In this document: positions 29,161 to 40,896 of the stretch, one piece after another
How the letters are laid out: each line of letters starts with the position of its first letter
How positions within the stretch are numbered: position 1 is the first letter of the stretch
From: Alphaproteobacteria bacterium
GTDB lineage: Bacteria > Pseudomonadota > Alphaproteobacteria > UBA6615
Direction of reading: 5' to 3'
Length of the DNA stretch: 64,000 nucleotides
Assembly: GCA_965261585.1 (NCBI GenBank)
Contig: CBDHDN010000064.1
Location: 51,824-115,823 of the forward strand
Notes under the pieces: generated by a model
Told to the model about the DNA's origin: nothing
Seen by the model: only the letters and a program-made list of their open reading frames with translations
The model's database searches: none
Program-made: the position numbers and the translations under genes

Positions 29161-30063
29161 ATGACGGGAGAACGGATCTTCATCGCGGCGATGCTGGCGC
29201 CGATCTTCTTCTTCCTGGTCTTCTTCTACGGCTACCCGACGCTGTTCAATTTCTACAACAGCTTCACCGACCTGAGCCTGCTCGGCCTCAAGACCGGCGG
29301 CGCGTTCATCGGCCTGAAGAACTATGTCGAGCTGCTGTCGAGCCGGGACTTTTACAGCGTCCTGTGGAACACGCTGTTCTGGCTGACCGCGGTCTCGGTC
29401 GTGCTGCGCCTGGTCCTGGGCCTGCTGCTCGCCCTGTTGCTGAACTCGGCGACGTTGCGCCACTACCGACTGACGACGATCTCCCGCCTCTTGCTGCTCG
29501 TGCCCTGGGCGACACCGCCGATCGTCGCCGTCGTCGTCTGGCGCTTGCTGCTCGACGGCCGCCAGGGCGTCGTCAACAAGGCGTTGCAGGGCCTCGGCCT
29601 GATCGACCGGCCGGTCGCGTTCCTGGCCAACGTCGACACGGTCTGGCCGGCGATCATCACGATCATCGTCTGGAACACCCTGCCGCTGGTGACGCTGACC
29701 TTCCTGGCCGGCCTGCAATCGGTGCCGGCGGAGCTGCACGAGGCTGCCGAGATGGACGGCGCCGGCGCGCTGCAGCGCTTCTTCCACGTAACCCTGCCGC
29801 ACCTGATGCCGACGGTCGTCGTCATGGCGCTGCTGCTCGTCTTCTGGACGTTCAACAACTTTGTCTATGTCTGGCTGGCGACCGGGGCCGGGCCGGGCCT
29901 GTTCACGAACGTGCTGGCCACCGAGATCTACATCAAGGGCTTCATCGACTTCGAGCTCGGCTTCTCCTCGTCGGTCGGCATGGTCATGGCCGCTGTCATG
30001 GCGGTGCTAGGCCTGATCTATTTCCGCTTCGTCGCCATGCGCGAATTTCGCGAGATTCTCTGA
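29161..30063 (+). CDS. ABC transporter permease (MalF/UgpA-like)
   Basis: 6-TM permease with EAA-like loop ...LAGLQSVPAELHEAAEMDGAGALQRFFHVTLP... Confidence 0.75.
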   Translation: MTGERIFIAAMLAPIFFFLVFFYGYPTLFNFYNSFTDLSLLGLKTGGAFIGLKNYVELLSSRDFYSVLWNTLFWLTAVSVVLRLVLGLLLALLLNSATLRHYRLTTISRLLLLVPWATPPIVAVVVWRLLLDGRQGVVNKALQGLGLIDRPVAFLANVDTVWPAIITIIVWNTLPLVTLTFLAGLQSVPAELHEAAEMDGAGALQRFFHVTLPHLMPTVVVMALLLVFWTFNNFVYVWLATGAGPGLFTNVLATEIYIKGFIDFELGFSSSVGMVMAAVMAVLGLIYFRFVAMREFREIL

Positions 30064-30074
30064 GGGGGTCGAGG

Positions 30075-30944
30075 ATGAGCCAAGCGCAGATGACCTTCAA
30101 CGCGAGCGCCGTCACCGCCGACGTCTCGATCCGGCGCAACCCCGTGGTCGTCGCCCTGATCCTGGCCGTGACGTTCGTCGTCTGGGCGTTCCTCATCTTC
30201 CCGGCGGTGTGGATCTTCATCGGCTCGTTCAAGACCAATGAGACCATGTTCGCCGCCACCACATTCACGTTCACGCTGGAGAACTACGCGACGATCTTCC
30301 GCGCCGGCTTCGGCCGTTTCATTTTCAACAGCCTGTTCATCTGTCTCGTCGCGGTCGTCATCTCGACGTTCGTCTCCGTCACAGCGTCCTACGTCTTCTC
30401 GCGCAAGCGCTTCCGCGCCAAGCGGCTGCTGTTCGGCTCGGTCATCCTGGGCCAGCTGTTCCCATGGATTATCCTGGTGACCCCGCTGTTCATCATGTTC
30501 GCGCGGATCGGCCTGTTGAACAGCTATGTCGGCATGATCTTCGCATACGTCGCGATCTCGCTCCCGTTCTCGGTTTATCTGATGGTGGGCTATCTGGAGA
30601 CGGTGCCGCGCGAGCTCGACGAGGCGGCGGTGATGGACGGCTGTTCCCAGTTCCAAATCATCTGGACGATCATCTTTCCCGTCATGCTGCCGGGCATCGT
30701 CGCCACGGCGACCTATGCATTCCTGCTGATGTGGACCGAGTTCCTGTTCGCGCTGGCCTTCCTGACCCGGACCTCGTTGAAGACCATGCCGCTCGGCCTG
30801 GCCCAGTTCTTCGGCGAGCAAAGTGTCGATTGGGGCGCCATCATGGCGGCCTCCGCCGTGACGACGCTGCCTGCGCTGTTGCTGTTCCTGCCACTGCAGA
30901 CGAAGCTGTCTGCCGGCCTGACGGCCGGGTCGGTGAAGGGCTAG
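30075..30944 (+). CDS. ABC transporter permease (MalG/UgpE-like)
   Basis: ...GYLETVPRELDEAAVMDGCSQFQIIWTIIFP... Confidence 0.75.
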   Translation: MSQAQMTFNASAVTADVSIRRNPVVVALILAVTFVVWAFLIFPAVWIFIGSFKTNETMFAATTFTFTLENYATIFRAGFGRFIFNSLFICLVAVVISTFVSVTASYVFSRKRFRAKRLLFGSVILGQLFPWIILVTPLFIMFARIGLLNSYVGMIFAYVAISLPFSVYLMVGYLETVPRELDEAAVMDGCSQFQIIWTIIFPVMLPGIVATATYAFLLMWTEFLFALAFLTRTSLKTMPLGLAQFFGEQSVDWGAIMAASAVTTLPALLLFLPLQTKLSAGLTAGSVKG

Positions 30945-30948
30945 AGCG

Positions 30949-32093
<1,145 letters not shown>

Positions 32094-32097
<4 letters not shown>

Positions 32098-33626
32098 AGC
32101 TCGTCTTCGCGTTATTCGACTCGCTCAACCGGCGTTCGCTCGAACCCTATGGGGCGCAGACGATCAAGACGCCGAACTTCCGCCGCCTGGCCGAGCGCTG
32201 CGTGACGTTCGACACCCACTATGCCGGCAGCCTGCCCTGCATGCCGGCACGCCGCGACATGCAGACCGGCCGGCTCAACTTCCTGCATCGCAGCTGGGGC
32301 CCGCTCGAGCCGTTCGACAATTCGTTCCCCGAGCTGTTGTACCAGTCCGGGGCCTACAGCCACCTCGTCTCCGACCACTACCACTACTGGGAGGACGGCG
32401 GCTTCACCTACCACAACCGCTACGACACCTATGAGTTCATCCGCGGGCAGGAGCGCGATCCCTGGAAGGCCATGGTCCAGCCGCCGTGGGAACGGCTGCG
32501 CGAGAAATACCACGCCGCCCAGTTCGACGACCGCCGGCGCAGCCTCTACTACCACCACGTCGTCAATCGCGAATTCATTCGCGATGACGAGGACTTCCCG
32601 TCGGTCAAGTGTTTCGACGCCGGCCTCGAATTCCTCGACGCCAACCGCACGGCCAAGGACTGGCTGCTACAGATCGAGACATTCGATCCCCACGAGCCGT
32701 TCTTCGCGCCGGCCCGCTTCCGCGCCGATTATCCGACGAACTATGGCGGCCCGATCCTGGACTGGCCGCCCTACGCCCGGGTCACCGAGGCGCCGGACGA
32801 ATGCGCCGAGCTGCGTGCGAACTACTGCGCCATCGTCGCCCTGTGCGATGCCCAGATGGGCCGCCTGCTCGATTACTTCGACGAACACGACATGTGGCGG
32901 GACACGGCGCTCGTGGTCACGACGGACCACGGCTTCCTGCTCGGCGAACACGACTGGTGGGCCAAGATCCGCATGCCGTGCTACGACGAGGTCGCGCACA
33001 TTCCGCTGTTCTTCCACCACCCCGATTTCGCCGGCAAGGCCGGGACGCGCCGCCGCGCGCTGACCCAGACGATCGACGTCATGCCGACGATCCTCGAGCT
33101 GTTCGGCGTCGCGCGGCCGGCCGAGGTTGAGGGCCGCTCGATCGTCCCCCTGCTCGACCGCGACATGACCATCCGCGAGGCCGGGCTTTACGGCGTCTGG
33201 GGCAGCGCGACGAACGTCACCGACGGCCGCTACACCTATTTCCGCTACCCCGACGATATGACGGCGCAGGAGATCTACCAGTACACCCTGATGCCGACGC
33301 ACATCACGTCGTTCTTCACGCCGGAGGAGCTGCGGACGGCGACCCTCGCCGCGCCGTTCGACTTCACCAAGGGCGCGCCGCTGCTGAAGGTCTCCGGCAC
33401 CGCCAAATCGCCGATGTACCGCGGGATGGGCATGGGCTTCTTCCAGGATACCGAGACCGTGCTGTTCGACACCGAGGCCGACCCCGAGCAGCGCCGGCCG
33501 CTCGACGACCCCGCCATCGTGGCCCGACTGACGGCCCAGATGCTGGCCTTGATGCGAACCAACGATGCCCCGCCCGAGGCCTACACCCGCCTCGGCCTCG
33601 AGCCACCCCCGGCCAAGGCTGCTTGA
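32094..33626 (+). CDS. Sulfatase (formylglycine-dependent; arylsulfatase family)
   Basis: CMPARRDMQTG (C-x-P-x-R) motif. Cytoplasmic (no signal peptide). ATG overlaps the ATPase stop (ATGA). Confidence 0.8.
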
Positions 33627-33667
33627 GGCCGAACCCGCCCCCTCGGATCCGAGTCAACGGCGCGCCC

Positions 33668-34531
33668 CTAGTTCTGCCGCGCGGTTGCGGGAGCCGGCAG
33701 CTGGCGCAGGAACGCGCGCTCATGGGCGATGGCGCCGTAGGCGGCGAGGTCGTTGTGGCCGGCGCCCGGCAAGAAGTGGCCGGTCTTCGGCGCTTGCGCC
33801 GCGGCGAGCAGGCGGCGGCCCTGGACGACCGGGACGACGCGGTCGCGCTCGCCGTGGACGATGAGCAGCGGCGCGCCGATCGCGGCAATGCGAGCGAGCG
33901 AATCGAAGCGGTCCCTGATCAGCAGCTTCACCGGCAGGAACGGGTAGGCCGCCTGGCCGACAGTCGCCGCCGAGGTGAACGGCGCCTCGAGCACGACGGC
34001 GGCGACGGGCGCGCCCGTGACGGGCTCGTCCGTGACGGGCTCTTTGCCCTGGGCATGCCCCGCCGCGAGCTGGACGGCAACGCCGCTGCCGAGGGATTCG
34101 CCGAACAGCACGACCGGCCGCGCGGCCCCGGCCTCGGCCAGCGCGAACTTCAGGGCAAGCCAGGCGTCGGCAAGCAGCCCCCGCTCTGTCGGCGTACCCG
34201 GATTGCCGCCATAGCCGCGATAGCCGGTCAGCAGGACGCCGTGGCCGTCGGCGACGAACGGCAGCACCTTCGCGACCCGGTCGGCGATGGTCCCGGCGTT
34301 GCCCTGGAAATAGACGATGATCGCGCGGCCGGGCGCCGTCGGCGCCGCGTACCACGAGGTAAGCACGAGCCCGTCGGTCGTGGTCAGGGTCACCGCGGTG
34401 AAGCCCGCCGGCACGGTCGGCAGCGTCGTGCCGGGCGCGTACATGAGCGAGCGTTGCATGAAGAACGCCGCCAGCACGACGACGCCATACGCCGCGGCGG
34501 CGGCCGCGAGGATCTTGGCGGCGAGCCCCAA
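33668..34531 (-). CDS. Alpha/beta hydrolase with N-terminal membrane anchor
   Basis: ...VLFGESLGSGVAVQLAA... (GxSxG) and ...LLIVHGERDRVVP...HND... Confidence 0.65.
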   Translation of the reverse strand: MGLAAKILAAAAAAYGVVVLAAFFMQRSLMYAPGTTLPTVPAGFTAVTLTTTDGLVLTSWYAAPTAPGRAIIVYFQGNAGTIADRVAKVLPFVADGHGVLLTGYRGYGGNPGTPTERGLLADAWLALKFALAEAGAARPVVLFGESLGSGVAVQLAAGHAQGKEPVTDEPVTGAPVAAVVLEAPFTSAATVGQAAYPFLPVKLLIRDRFDSLARIAAIGAPLLIVHGERDRVVPVVQGRRLLAAAQAPKTGHFLPGAGHNDLAAYGAIAHERAFLRQLPAPATARQN

Positions 34532-34533
34532 CG

Positions 34534-34890
34534 TCAGGGCGCCCCGGTCCGTGGCGGCTTCGGGCGTCGTGGCCGCCGCCCCGGCGCGGCCATGCCGCCG
34601 ACGGCGACCGCGAAGGACCAGGCCGAGCCGCGGGCGATCTCGCGCGGCTCCATTTCAATGCCGGCCGACAGGATCAGGAAAAAGATGCCGAGGTTGACGA
34701 CCGTGTCGACGACGGCGCCATCGGCGATGCCGGCGAGCACGGGCACCTGTACGGTGAGTGGCGCGACGACGATGCCCAGTACCACGCCGCCCGCGATCTC
34801 GCCGACCAGCGGCGCCTGGCCGAGGCGCAGCGCAACCTCGCCACCGATCCGCGCCGCCACGAGCAGCAGCAGGGGCAGAAACATGTCCAT
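34534..34890 (-). pseudogene. Cation:proton antiporter, N-terminal fragment only
   Basis: MDMFLPLLLLVAARIGGEVALRLGQAPLVGEIAGGVVLGIVVAP... is typical of a CPA-family N-terminus. It then runs into out-of-frame sequence and the next gene starts immediately. Confidence 0.4.
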
Positions 34891-35088
34891 CGTGGTCCGG
34901 CCTGCTCGGGGGCCTCGGGCGTCGCCCTGTTGGGCCTCGCGGACCCCTATAGTGTCCGCGAGGCACCGCTGACAATCGTAAATGTCGGCGCCCGGGGAGC
35001 ATTGCCGCCCCGGTGAGTGGTGCGAGAGCGGGTCTTTTCGGCGACGTCGTTACGGATCGCCGCGACCTCGGCGAACATTGGGCGCTAG

Positions 35089-36691
35089 CCCGGATATTTC
35101 ATGATGCGAATGATTGTGTCCTGTTGGGCCGGTCATCTGTCTCGAATGAGGCGAATTGGGACGGGTTTGACCGGGGTTCATGGCCGCGGTGCAGGAGCGA
35201 AGCATTACGGTGTTCGGTGGCGGCGAGCGGTCGCGTTTACTGGTTGCCGCGGCACGGCATTGGGATCGTGTAAGGGACCGAAGGGGCGGCCGCTATCCTG
35301 GTTCGAGCCTGGTGGCGACCAGTGTGAACAGGGCCTGATCGGGACAGGCCGAGGAGAGCAGGAAGCGGACCCGACGGGTGTTGCGGATGACGACGGCGCC
35401 GATCTTGAGCAAGCGCAGGCGGATCGTGCCGACCTGGGCGCGGGCGGCCTCGGTGCCGGCGAGGCCGAAGCGCCGGATCGCCGTCATCAGCACGTAGGCG
35501 AGACTGGCCAGGAGCAGGCGAAACTGGTTCGGCCACCAGCGATGGGCCGAGGTGCGGTCAGAGAACAGCTCGAACTGCTCCTTGATGCGGTTCTCCATGT
35601 CGCCGCGGGCACAGTAGAGCATGTCGTAGAGCGCCATGCCGTCACCGGCGAGGCTGGTCACCACGAAGCGCGGGTTGGCGCCGCGGGCGGTGTGTTCGAG
35701 GCGCGCGATGACGCGCCGCTCGCGGTTCCACGTCCCGGCGCCATAGCGGAGTTCGGCGAAGTGCCGTTGCTTGTCGCCGGTCGTGGCGAACAGTGCGCGC
35801 GCCTGGGCCATCACGGGCGCCGCCAGCGCCTCCAGCCGCTTGTTCCTGGCCAGGCCGATGATGTAGTCGACGCCGTGACGCTCGCACCACGACAGCATGC
35901 GCCAGCGGCAGAAGCCGGAGTCCGCCCGCACGATGATGCGCACGGCGGGCCAGGCCAGGCGCAGCCGCCGCACCAGCAGCTTCAGCACTGCACCGGCATG
36001 CTTCGCCGGGTCGATGTCCGAGCGTCGCAGGTAGGCCGCCAGCAGATGATCGCCGGCGAACACGTAAAGCGGCAGGAAGCAGTAGTGGTCGTAGTAGCCA
36101 TGGAAGAACCGGCCTTCTTGATGGCCGTGAACCGGGTCGTCCGTGGCATCGAAGTCGAGCACGATCTCGGCTGGCGGATCACCATGCGCGGCGATGAAGG
36201 CATCCGCCAGGACCTCGTGGATCGCCCACGCCCAGCTCGCCTCGGCCTGGTTCTCGAAGCGGCACAGCGGCGGCGCGCTGGCCAGCGCCCGGTCCTGCCC
36301 CGTCGCCGTCTGCACCGCCACATCGTGGCGCAGCTCGGTGTGATCGTTCAGATCCTCATAGCCCAGCGCGATCGCGAACACCCGCTGGCGCAGCATGTCG
36401 ACGAAGCGATGCCTGACCTTGCCGCGCTGGCGCCTGTCGCCGAGCCGACGCGCCACCGCCGCCGTCAGACCCAACCGCCGGTCCGCCTGGCGTAACAGCA
36501 GCACGCCGCCGTTGCTCGTCACATCGCCGCCGTCAAACGCCGCCTCGATCCGCCGCTTGCGGCAGACTGGAAACAGCACCGTCTCAGGGGTACAATTCGT
36601 CACCGCCGGGCTCCTGCGTTTGATCCGATCTAGGCAATTGAATCATAACGCATATTGGGAGTTCGGCGGTGCCTTTCGTGAATCTTCCAGG
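35089..36691 (-). mobile_element. IS1380-family insertion sequence, copy 2 (direct orientation relative to copy 1)
   Basis: Matches copy 1 apart from isolated point differences. CTAG flanks at 35085-35088 and 36692-36695. The right CTAG supplies the stop codon of the pentapeptide gene. Confidence 0.8.
35293..36603 (-). CDS. IS1380-family DDE transposase
   Basis: 436 aa, one residue different from the copy 1 transposase. Confidence 0.8.
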   Translation of the reverse strand: MTNCTPETVLFPVCRKRRIEAAFDGGDVTSNGGVLLLRQADRRLGLTAAVARRLGDRRQRGKVRHRFVDMLRQRVFAIALGYEDLNDHTELRHDVAVQTATGQDRALASAPPLCRFENQAEASWAWAIHEVLADAFIAAHGDPPAEIVLDFDATDDPVHGHQEGRFFHGYYDHYCFLPLYVFAGDHLLAAYLRRSDIDPAKHAGAVLKLLVRRLRLAWPAVRIIVRADSGFCRWRMLSWCERHGVDYIIGLARNKRLEALAAPVMAQARALFATTGDKQRHFAELRYGAGTWNRERRVIARLEHTARGANPRFVVTSLAGDGMALYDMLYCARGDMENRIKEQFELFSDRTSAHRWWPNQFRLLLASLAYVLMTAIRRFGLAGTEAARAQVGTIRLRLLKIGAVVIRNTRRVRFLLSSACPDQALFTLVATRLEPG

Positions 36692-37237
36692 CTAGCTGCG
36701 CTGGGCCGGGCCGCGGCCGATGGCGTTTTCGAGTTGGTCGGGATCGAGGCGCGTGTTGGTCAAATTGGCGTCGGTCAGGTTGGCGCGCCGCAAATCGGCG
36801 TCGACCAGGTTGGCGGAGTGCAGGTTGGCGCCGGCGAAGTTGGTCCGCCGCAGCAGGGCGCCGGACAGGTTCGTCGGCCAGATGCACCTGGTCGCCAGCT
36901 TACCCGGATCGCGAATGCTGGCGGCGCTCAGATTGGCCCCGGTCAGGTTGGCGTCGCACAGGTTGCCGCCGCACAGCTTGGCGCCCGACAGGTCGGCACG
37001 CACCAGTGTCGCCTCGTGCAGGTCGACGCCCGACAGGTTGGCCAGGACCAGCTGGCAGTCGTCGAGGTGGGCGCCGGTCATCTTGGCGTTGGAGAAGTCG
37101 GCGGCGCTGAGGTCGAGGCCTGAGAGGTCGGCATAGCTGAGGTCGGCGTCGGCCAGTACGGCGCAATTGCCGGCAGCGCCGTCGCTGGCGATCCATTCGG
37201 CGTGTTCGCTCAGGATGTCGCGCACCGCGACCGGCAA
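36692..37237 (-). CDS. Pentapeptide-repeat protein
   Basis: A(D/N)LSxA(D/N)LSG repeats throughout. Confidence 0.65.
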   Translation of the reverse strand: MPVAVRDILSEHAEWIASDGAAGNCAVLADADLSYADLSGLDLSAADFSNAKMTGAHLDDCQLVLANLSGVDLHEATLVRADLSGAKLCGGNLCDANLTGANLSAASIRDPGKLATRCIWPTNLSGALLRRTNFAGANLHSANLVDADLRRANLTDANLTNTRLDPDQLENAIGRGPAQRS

Positions 37238-37950
37238 GTCTTCGAGCCGCTGCAGGATCTTGGCGCCGCGCAGACGCCTTGCAGCGACGCGCCGGTCAGG
37301 TCCGAGTCGGTCAGGTTGGTGTGCTCGACGACCGCGCCGTCGAGGATCGCGCGCCGCAGATCGGAGCCCGACAGGTTGGCACCGGACAGATTGGCGCCGG
37401 AGAAGTCGACGCTGTCCAGATTCGGGTCGCTGAGGTTGGCGTTGCGCAGGTCGGCGTAGCGCAGGATCGCGCCGGTCAGGTCGCTCTGCGCGACTGCCGC
37501 ATCGCCGAGGCGCGCCCCGGTCAGATCGGCCCCGGTCAGCAAGGCCCGGTCGGCGTCGGCGAGCGAGCAGTCAACGTAGTGCATGGCCAGGGCGCCCTGG
37601 CCCACGACCATCAGCGTACCATCGCGCAGGTCGGCCTTGTTGAGCTTGGCCCGTGTCAGATCGCAGCCGCGCAGCGTCGCCCCGCGCAGGTCCGCCTCGG
37701 ACAAATCGGCGTCCGACAGATCGGCGTCGGTCAGGTTGGCGCCGAACAGGTCGGCGTCGCGCAGGTCGGCGCCGGCCAGGTCGCAGCGGCTCAGAATGGT
37801 GCCGGTCAGCTTGGCCTTGGGCAGCTGCGCACCCCGCATCTTGAGCCCGGAGAGGTCGCGTAGGGCCAGATTGGCCCGTTGGCCGCGCCCGTTCAGCCAG
37901 CCGCTATGACTGTTCAGTATTTCGCCGAGTTCCCCGGCGCTGAGGCGCAT
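37210..37950 (-). CDS. Pentapeptide-repeat protein (tandem paralogue)
   Basis: ADLRDADLFGANLTDADLSDADLSEADLRGATL.... 28-nt overlap with the downstream paralogue. Confidence 0.6.
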   Translation of the reverse strand: MRLSAGELGEILNSHSGWLNGRGQRANLALRDLSGLKMRGAQLPKAKLTGTILSRCDLAGADLRDADLFGANLTDADLSDADLSEADLRGATLRGCDLTRAKLNKADLRDGTLMVVGQGALAMHYVDCSLADADRALLTGADLTGARLGDAAVAQSDLTGAILRYADLRNANLSDPNLDSVDFSGANLSGANLSGSDLRRAILDGAVVEHTNLTDSDLTGASLQGVCAAPRSCSGSKTCRSRCATS

Positions 37951-38099
37951 GTCAGCCGGTCATCCCTGCGAGGGTCCAGTCCGATGCGCGGAGGTGCGCG
38001 CATGGGCCTGCCGATGGGGCTGGCGATCAGCCGCCGGTGGCACGGTATTGCGGTACGGTTAACAAGAACCTACATGCGCGGCTGCTCGTCGGGCCGCCT

Positions 38100-38706
38100 T
38101 GTCGAACTCGCTTCATTGTTGGCCGGCGACGCGGCCGATTCGCGCACCGTGCACCTCCGCCGCCTATGAGCGCCAGCGCAGCAGCGTACGCTCGGCGCGG
38201 CCGATCAGCCAGCTCACGCTGACGCCCAGCGGACAGTGGCTCGTCCATCAGCATCACCGCCGGGCTGACGGCAAGCGCCCGGGCGATCGCCACGCGTTGC
38301 TTCATGCCGCCCGAAGGCTGTTTCGGCAGGGCTTCGCGTAACTCGCTCAGCTTTGTGCGGGCCAGCACGTCGTCGACGATTTCGCGCCACCGCGGCGCCG
38401 TCCGGCCGATGGTCCTCCAGGACCAGGCTGACATTGCTGGCGACGCTGCGCCACGGCAGCAGGGCGAAGTCCTGAAAGATGTAGGTCAGCAGGGTTGAGC
38501 GAGCCCGCTGGCGGCGTGCCGACCTGCAACACGGTGCCGGCGCTCGGTTGCTCGAGCCCGCCGATCAGCCGGAGCAGCGTCGACTTGCCGCAGCCCGACG
38601 GCCCGACGACACAGACGATCTGTCCGCTCTCGATCCGCAGATCGATGTTTTCCAGCACGGCCAGATCTCCGTAGCGATGGGTGATGCGCTCGAGCCGGAG
38701 ATCCAT
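38100..38706 (-). pseudogene. ABC transporter ATP-binding protein (sulfonate/taurine/nitrate type), multiply frameshifted
   Basis: Walker A frame [59 protein letters not shown]. Signature/Walker B ...[30 protein letters not shown]... is in another frame. Confidence 0.5.
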
Positions 38707-38805
38707 GACGACCGTCCGCGCACTCGACGACCGTCCGCGCACTCGGACCCGAGGCGCGACCGTCGCGATCCGGTCAGGCGCGACCGGCACCGAATCAAGC
38801 CGGTC

Positions 38806-39093
38806 TCAGGGCGTGATCGACAGCCGGATGAGGGGCTCCGACACGACCTGAAACACGCTGACCGCGCGGTCTTGCTCGAAGGCCGGCCGGCTGGGAAAGT
38901 CGAGGCCGAGCAGCAGCTTGTCGACGCCGCCGTCGGCGAACAGCGGTGCCATGACGATCTCCGTCGGCACCGCCGCCCCGTCGGCGAAGACGACGCGGCC
39001 GCGGCCGAGCAGCGGCGCTTCGGCATCGACGACCTGCTTGTAGGCGCCATGCACGAACGCGGCGGTGTCGCCGTTCCATCGCCGACCTGCCAC
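38806..39093 (-). other. Possible C-terminal remnant of a periplasmic binding protein upstream of the degraded ATPase
   Basis: Short ORF ending ...DKLLLGLDFPSRPAFEQDRAVSVFQVVSEPLIRLSITP. Position suggests tauA/ssuA-like remnant. Weak. Confidence 0.2.
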
Positions 39094-39147
39094 CGTACGG
39101 GGACCCAGCGAAGTAGCACAAAAGTACTGGGTCGAGCTACCGCGAGC

Positions 39148-39639
39148 TTACCGGGCCCGCCGCTCCGGCTGGCGAGCGCCCAGGTCGACGCGGTAGATGC
39201 GGACCGCGCCACGCAGCGACTGTGTGACCCCCTGCGCGCGCCAGCCACGCCGCTTCAGCATGTCGTCGGCGACATCGGTCGAGCAGTAGAGCGCCGCGTG
39301 GCCGAGCCGCCGCGCCTCGGCCTCCACCGCCGCCACCAGGGCCGTGCCGACGCCGCGCTGGCGATGCGCCCGGCCGACCACGAAGGCGGCGAGCCAGGGG
39401 CCTGCGGCCTGCTCGCTGCCGACCGACTCGGCCTTGAGCGCCGCCGTGCCGACGACCGCGCCGTCGTCGTCCAGGGCAACCAGCGCGATCGGCAGCGTGT
39501 CGCGGTTGCGGCACCCCGCCAGGTCGGCCGTGGCGTCGCCGGGGCCGTCGGGCCCGTAGTACGGCGCCCACTCCGCGACGAACCACCGCGCCAGTGTCGG
39601 CAGCGTATCCGGCGCATCGGCGAGTTGGACGATACGCAT
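39148..39639 (-). CDS. GNAT-family N-acetyltransferase
   Basis: ...LAAFVVGRAHRQRGVGTALVAAVEAEARRLG... (acetyl-CoA binding motif). Confidence 0.65.
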   Translation of the reverse strand: MRIVQLADAPDTLPTLARWFVAEWAPYYGPDGPGDATADLAGCRNRDTLPIALVALDDDGAVVGTAALKAESVGSEQAAGPWLAAFVVGRAHRQRGVGTALVAAVEAEARRLGHAALYCSTDVADDMLKRRGWRAQGVTQSLRGAVRIYRVDLGARQPERRAR

Positions 39640-39687
39640 CAGGCCGCCTACATATCAGGCGACAGCACGAGGACACACCGAAAGCGC

Positions 39688-40110
39688 GTGATCAGGATTA
39701 CCGAGCGGATCGCCATCGATCCCCGCGAGATCGAGGAGACGTTCATCCGCGCGTCCGGGCCCGGCGGGCAGAACGTCAACAAGGTATCGTCGGCGGTGCA
39801 GCTGCGCTTCGACGTGCGGCGCTCGCCGGCCCTGCCCGACGATGTGCGCGCCCGTGCCGAGCGGCTCGCCGGCCGGCGGTTGACCAAGGATGGCGTCATC
39901 GTCATCACCGCCGCGCGCTTCCGCACGCAGGAGCGGAACCGCGACGACGCCCTCGCCCGCCTGGTCGACTTGCTGGTCCGTGCCGCCCAGCGGCCGCGCG
40001 TCCGCCGGCCGACCCGGCTGACCCTCGGCGCGAAGCAGCGCCGCCTGGCGACGAAGACGCGGCGCGGCGTCGTCAAGCGCCTGCGCACGGTGAAGCCCGA
40101 CGAAGACTAG
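39688..40110 (+). CDS. arfB: Peptidyl-tRNA hydrolase ArfB (alternative ribosome-rescue factor B)
   Basis: ...IEETFIRASGPGGQNVNKVSSAVQLRFDV... with basic C-terminal tail. GTG start inferred. Confidence 0.7.
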   Translation: MIRITERIAIDPREIEETFIRASGPGGQNVNKVSSAVQLRFDVRRSPALPDDVRARAERLAGRRLTKDGVIVITAARFRTQERNRDDALARLVDLLVRAAQRPRVRRPTRLTLGAKQRRLATKTRRGVVKRLRTVKPDED

Positions 40111-40236
40111 GCCCCCCGGCTCACCTACGAGATTCACACATCGTGTGTGGGCTACCGTTCGGATGCAGGAAGGGAATTATGCCGTCACCCTCGTGCTTGA
40201 CACGAGGCCCATCGCACAGGCCAATGGTCTGCAGAG

Positions 40237-40725
40237 ATGCGTGAATGCCGTAGGCTGCTCACGGAGGACGCGCTATTGCAGATCTACGTCGACGCGGACG
40301 CCTGCCCGGTCAAGGACGAGGTCGTCCGGGTTGCCGCGCGCCATGGTCTGACGGTCCACATGGTCTCCAACACGTGGATGCGGCTCATCGAGGGCCCGCT
40401 GGTTCGCCGCGTCGTCGTCGCCGAGGGCGCGGACGCCGCCGACGACTGGATCGCCACCCGCATCGGTGCGGGCGACATCACCGTTACCGCCGACATCCCG
40501 CTGGCCGCCCGCTGTCTGGCTGCACACGCCCGGGTCGTCGACATGACCGGCAAGCCGTTCACCGAAGACTCGATCGGCATGGCCCTGGCGATGCGCGATC
40601 TGATGTCGCACCTGCGCGACACCGGTGCTGCCCGCGGCTCGAACCCGGCGTTCAGCCCAAACGACCGCTCGAAGTTCCTGCAGACGCTGGAGGCGCTCGT
40701 TCAGGCCACCCGACGCGAACCCTGA
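40237..40725 (+). CDS. YaiI/YqgE-like DUF188 (UPF0178) protein
   Basis: ...LQIYVDADACPVKDEVVRVAARHG...GDITVTADIPLAARCL... A TTG start near 40275 is an alternative. Confidence 0.6.
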   Translation: MRECRRLLTEDALLQIYVDADACPVKDEVVRVAARHGLTVHMVSNTWMRLIEGPLVRRVVVAEGADAADDWIATRIGAGDITVTADIPLAARCLAAHARVVDMTGKPFTEDSIGMALAMRDLMSHLRDTGAARGSNPAFSPNDRSKFLQTLEALVQATRREP

Positions 40726-40839
40726 ACGCCGACGTGTTCCCACGTGTCACGCTCGGCCGCGTGCCTTGGTCGCGCGGTCTGAGGGCATTCAAGCTGCCGA
40801 GGCAGTTGGTCCTTGAAACTTTCGTATTTGTTCCATAGA

Positions 40840-40868
40840 TTGACATACGTGAAACTGTAATGTAACTT
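40840..40868 (+). promoter_or_regulatory. Candidate sigma70-type promoter of the IS-disrupted operon
   Basis: TTGACA (40840-40845), 17-nt spacer, TAACTT (40863-40868), 28 nt before ATG 40897, inside an AT-rich stretch. Confidence 0.3.
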
Positions 40869-40896
40869 TTTCGGTAAGCCAAAGGCTGAGTGAATC

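Noticed and set aside
35013-35273. 86-aa ORF spanning the IS1380 copy-2 left boundary
   Set aside because: Crosses the IS junction and has no family features, so a chimeric read-through ORF.
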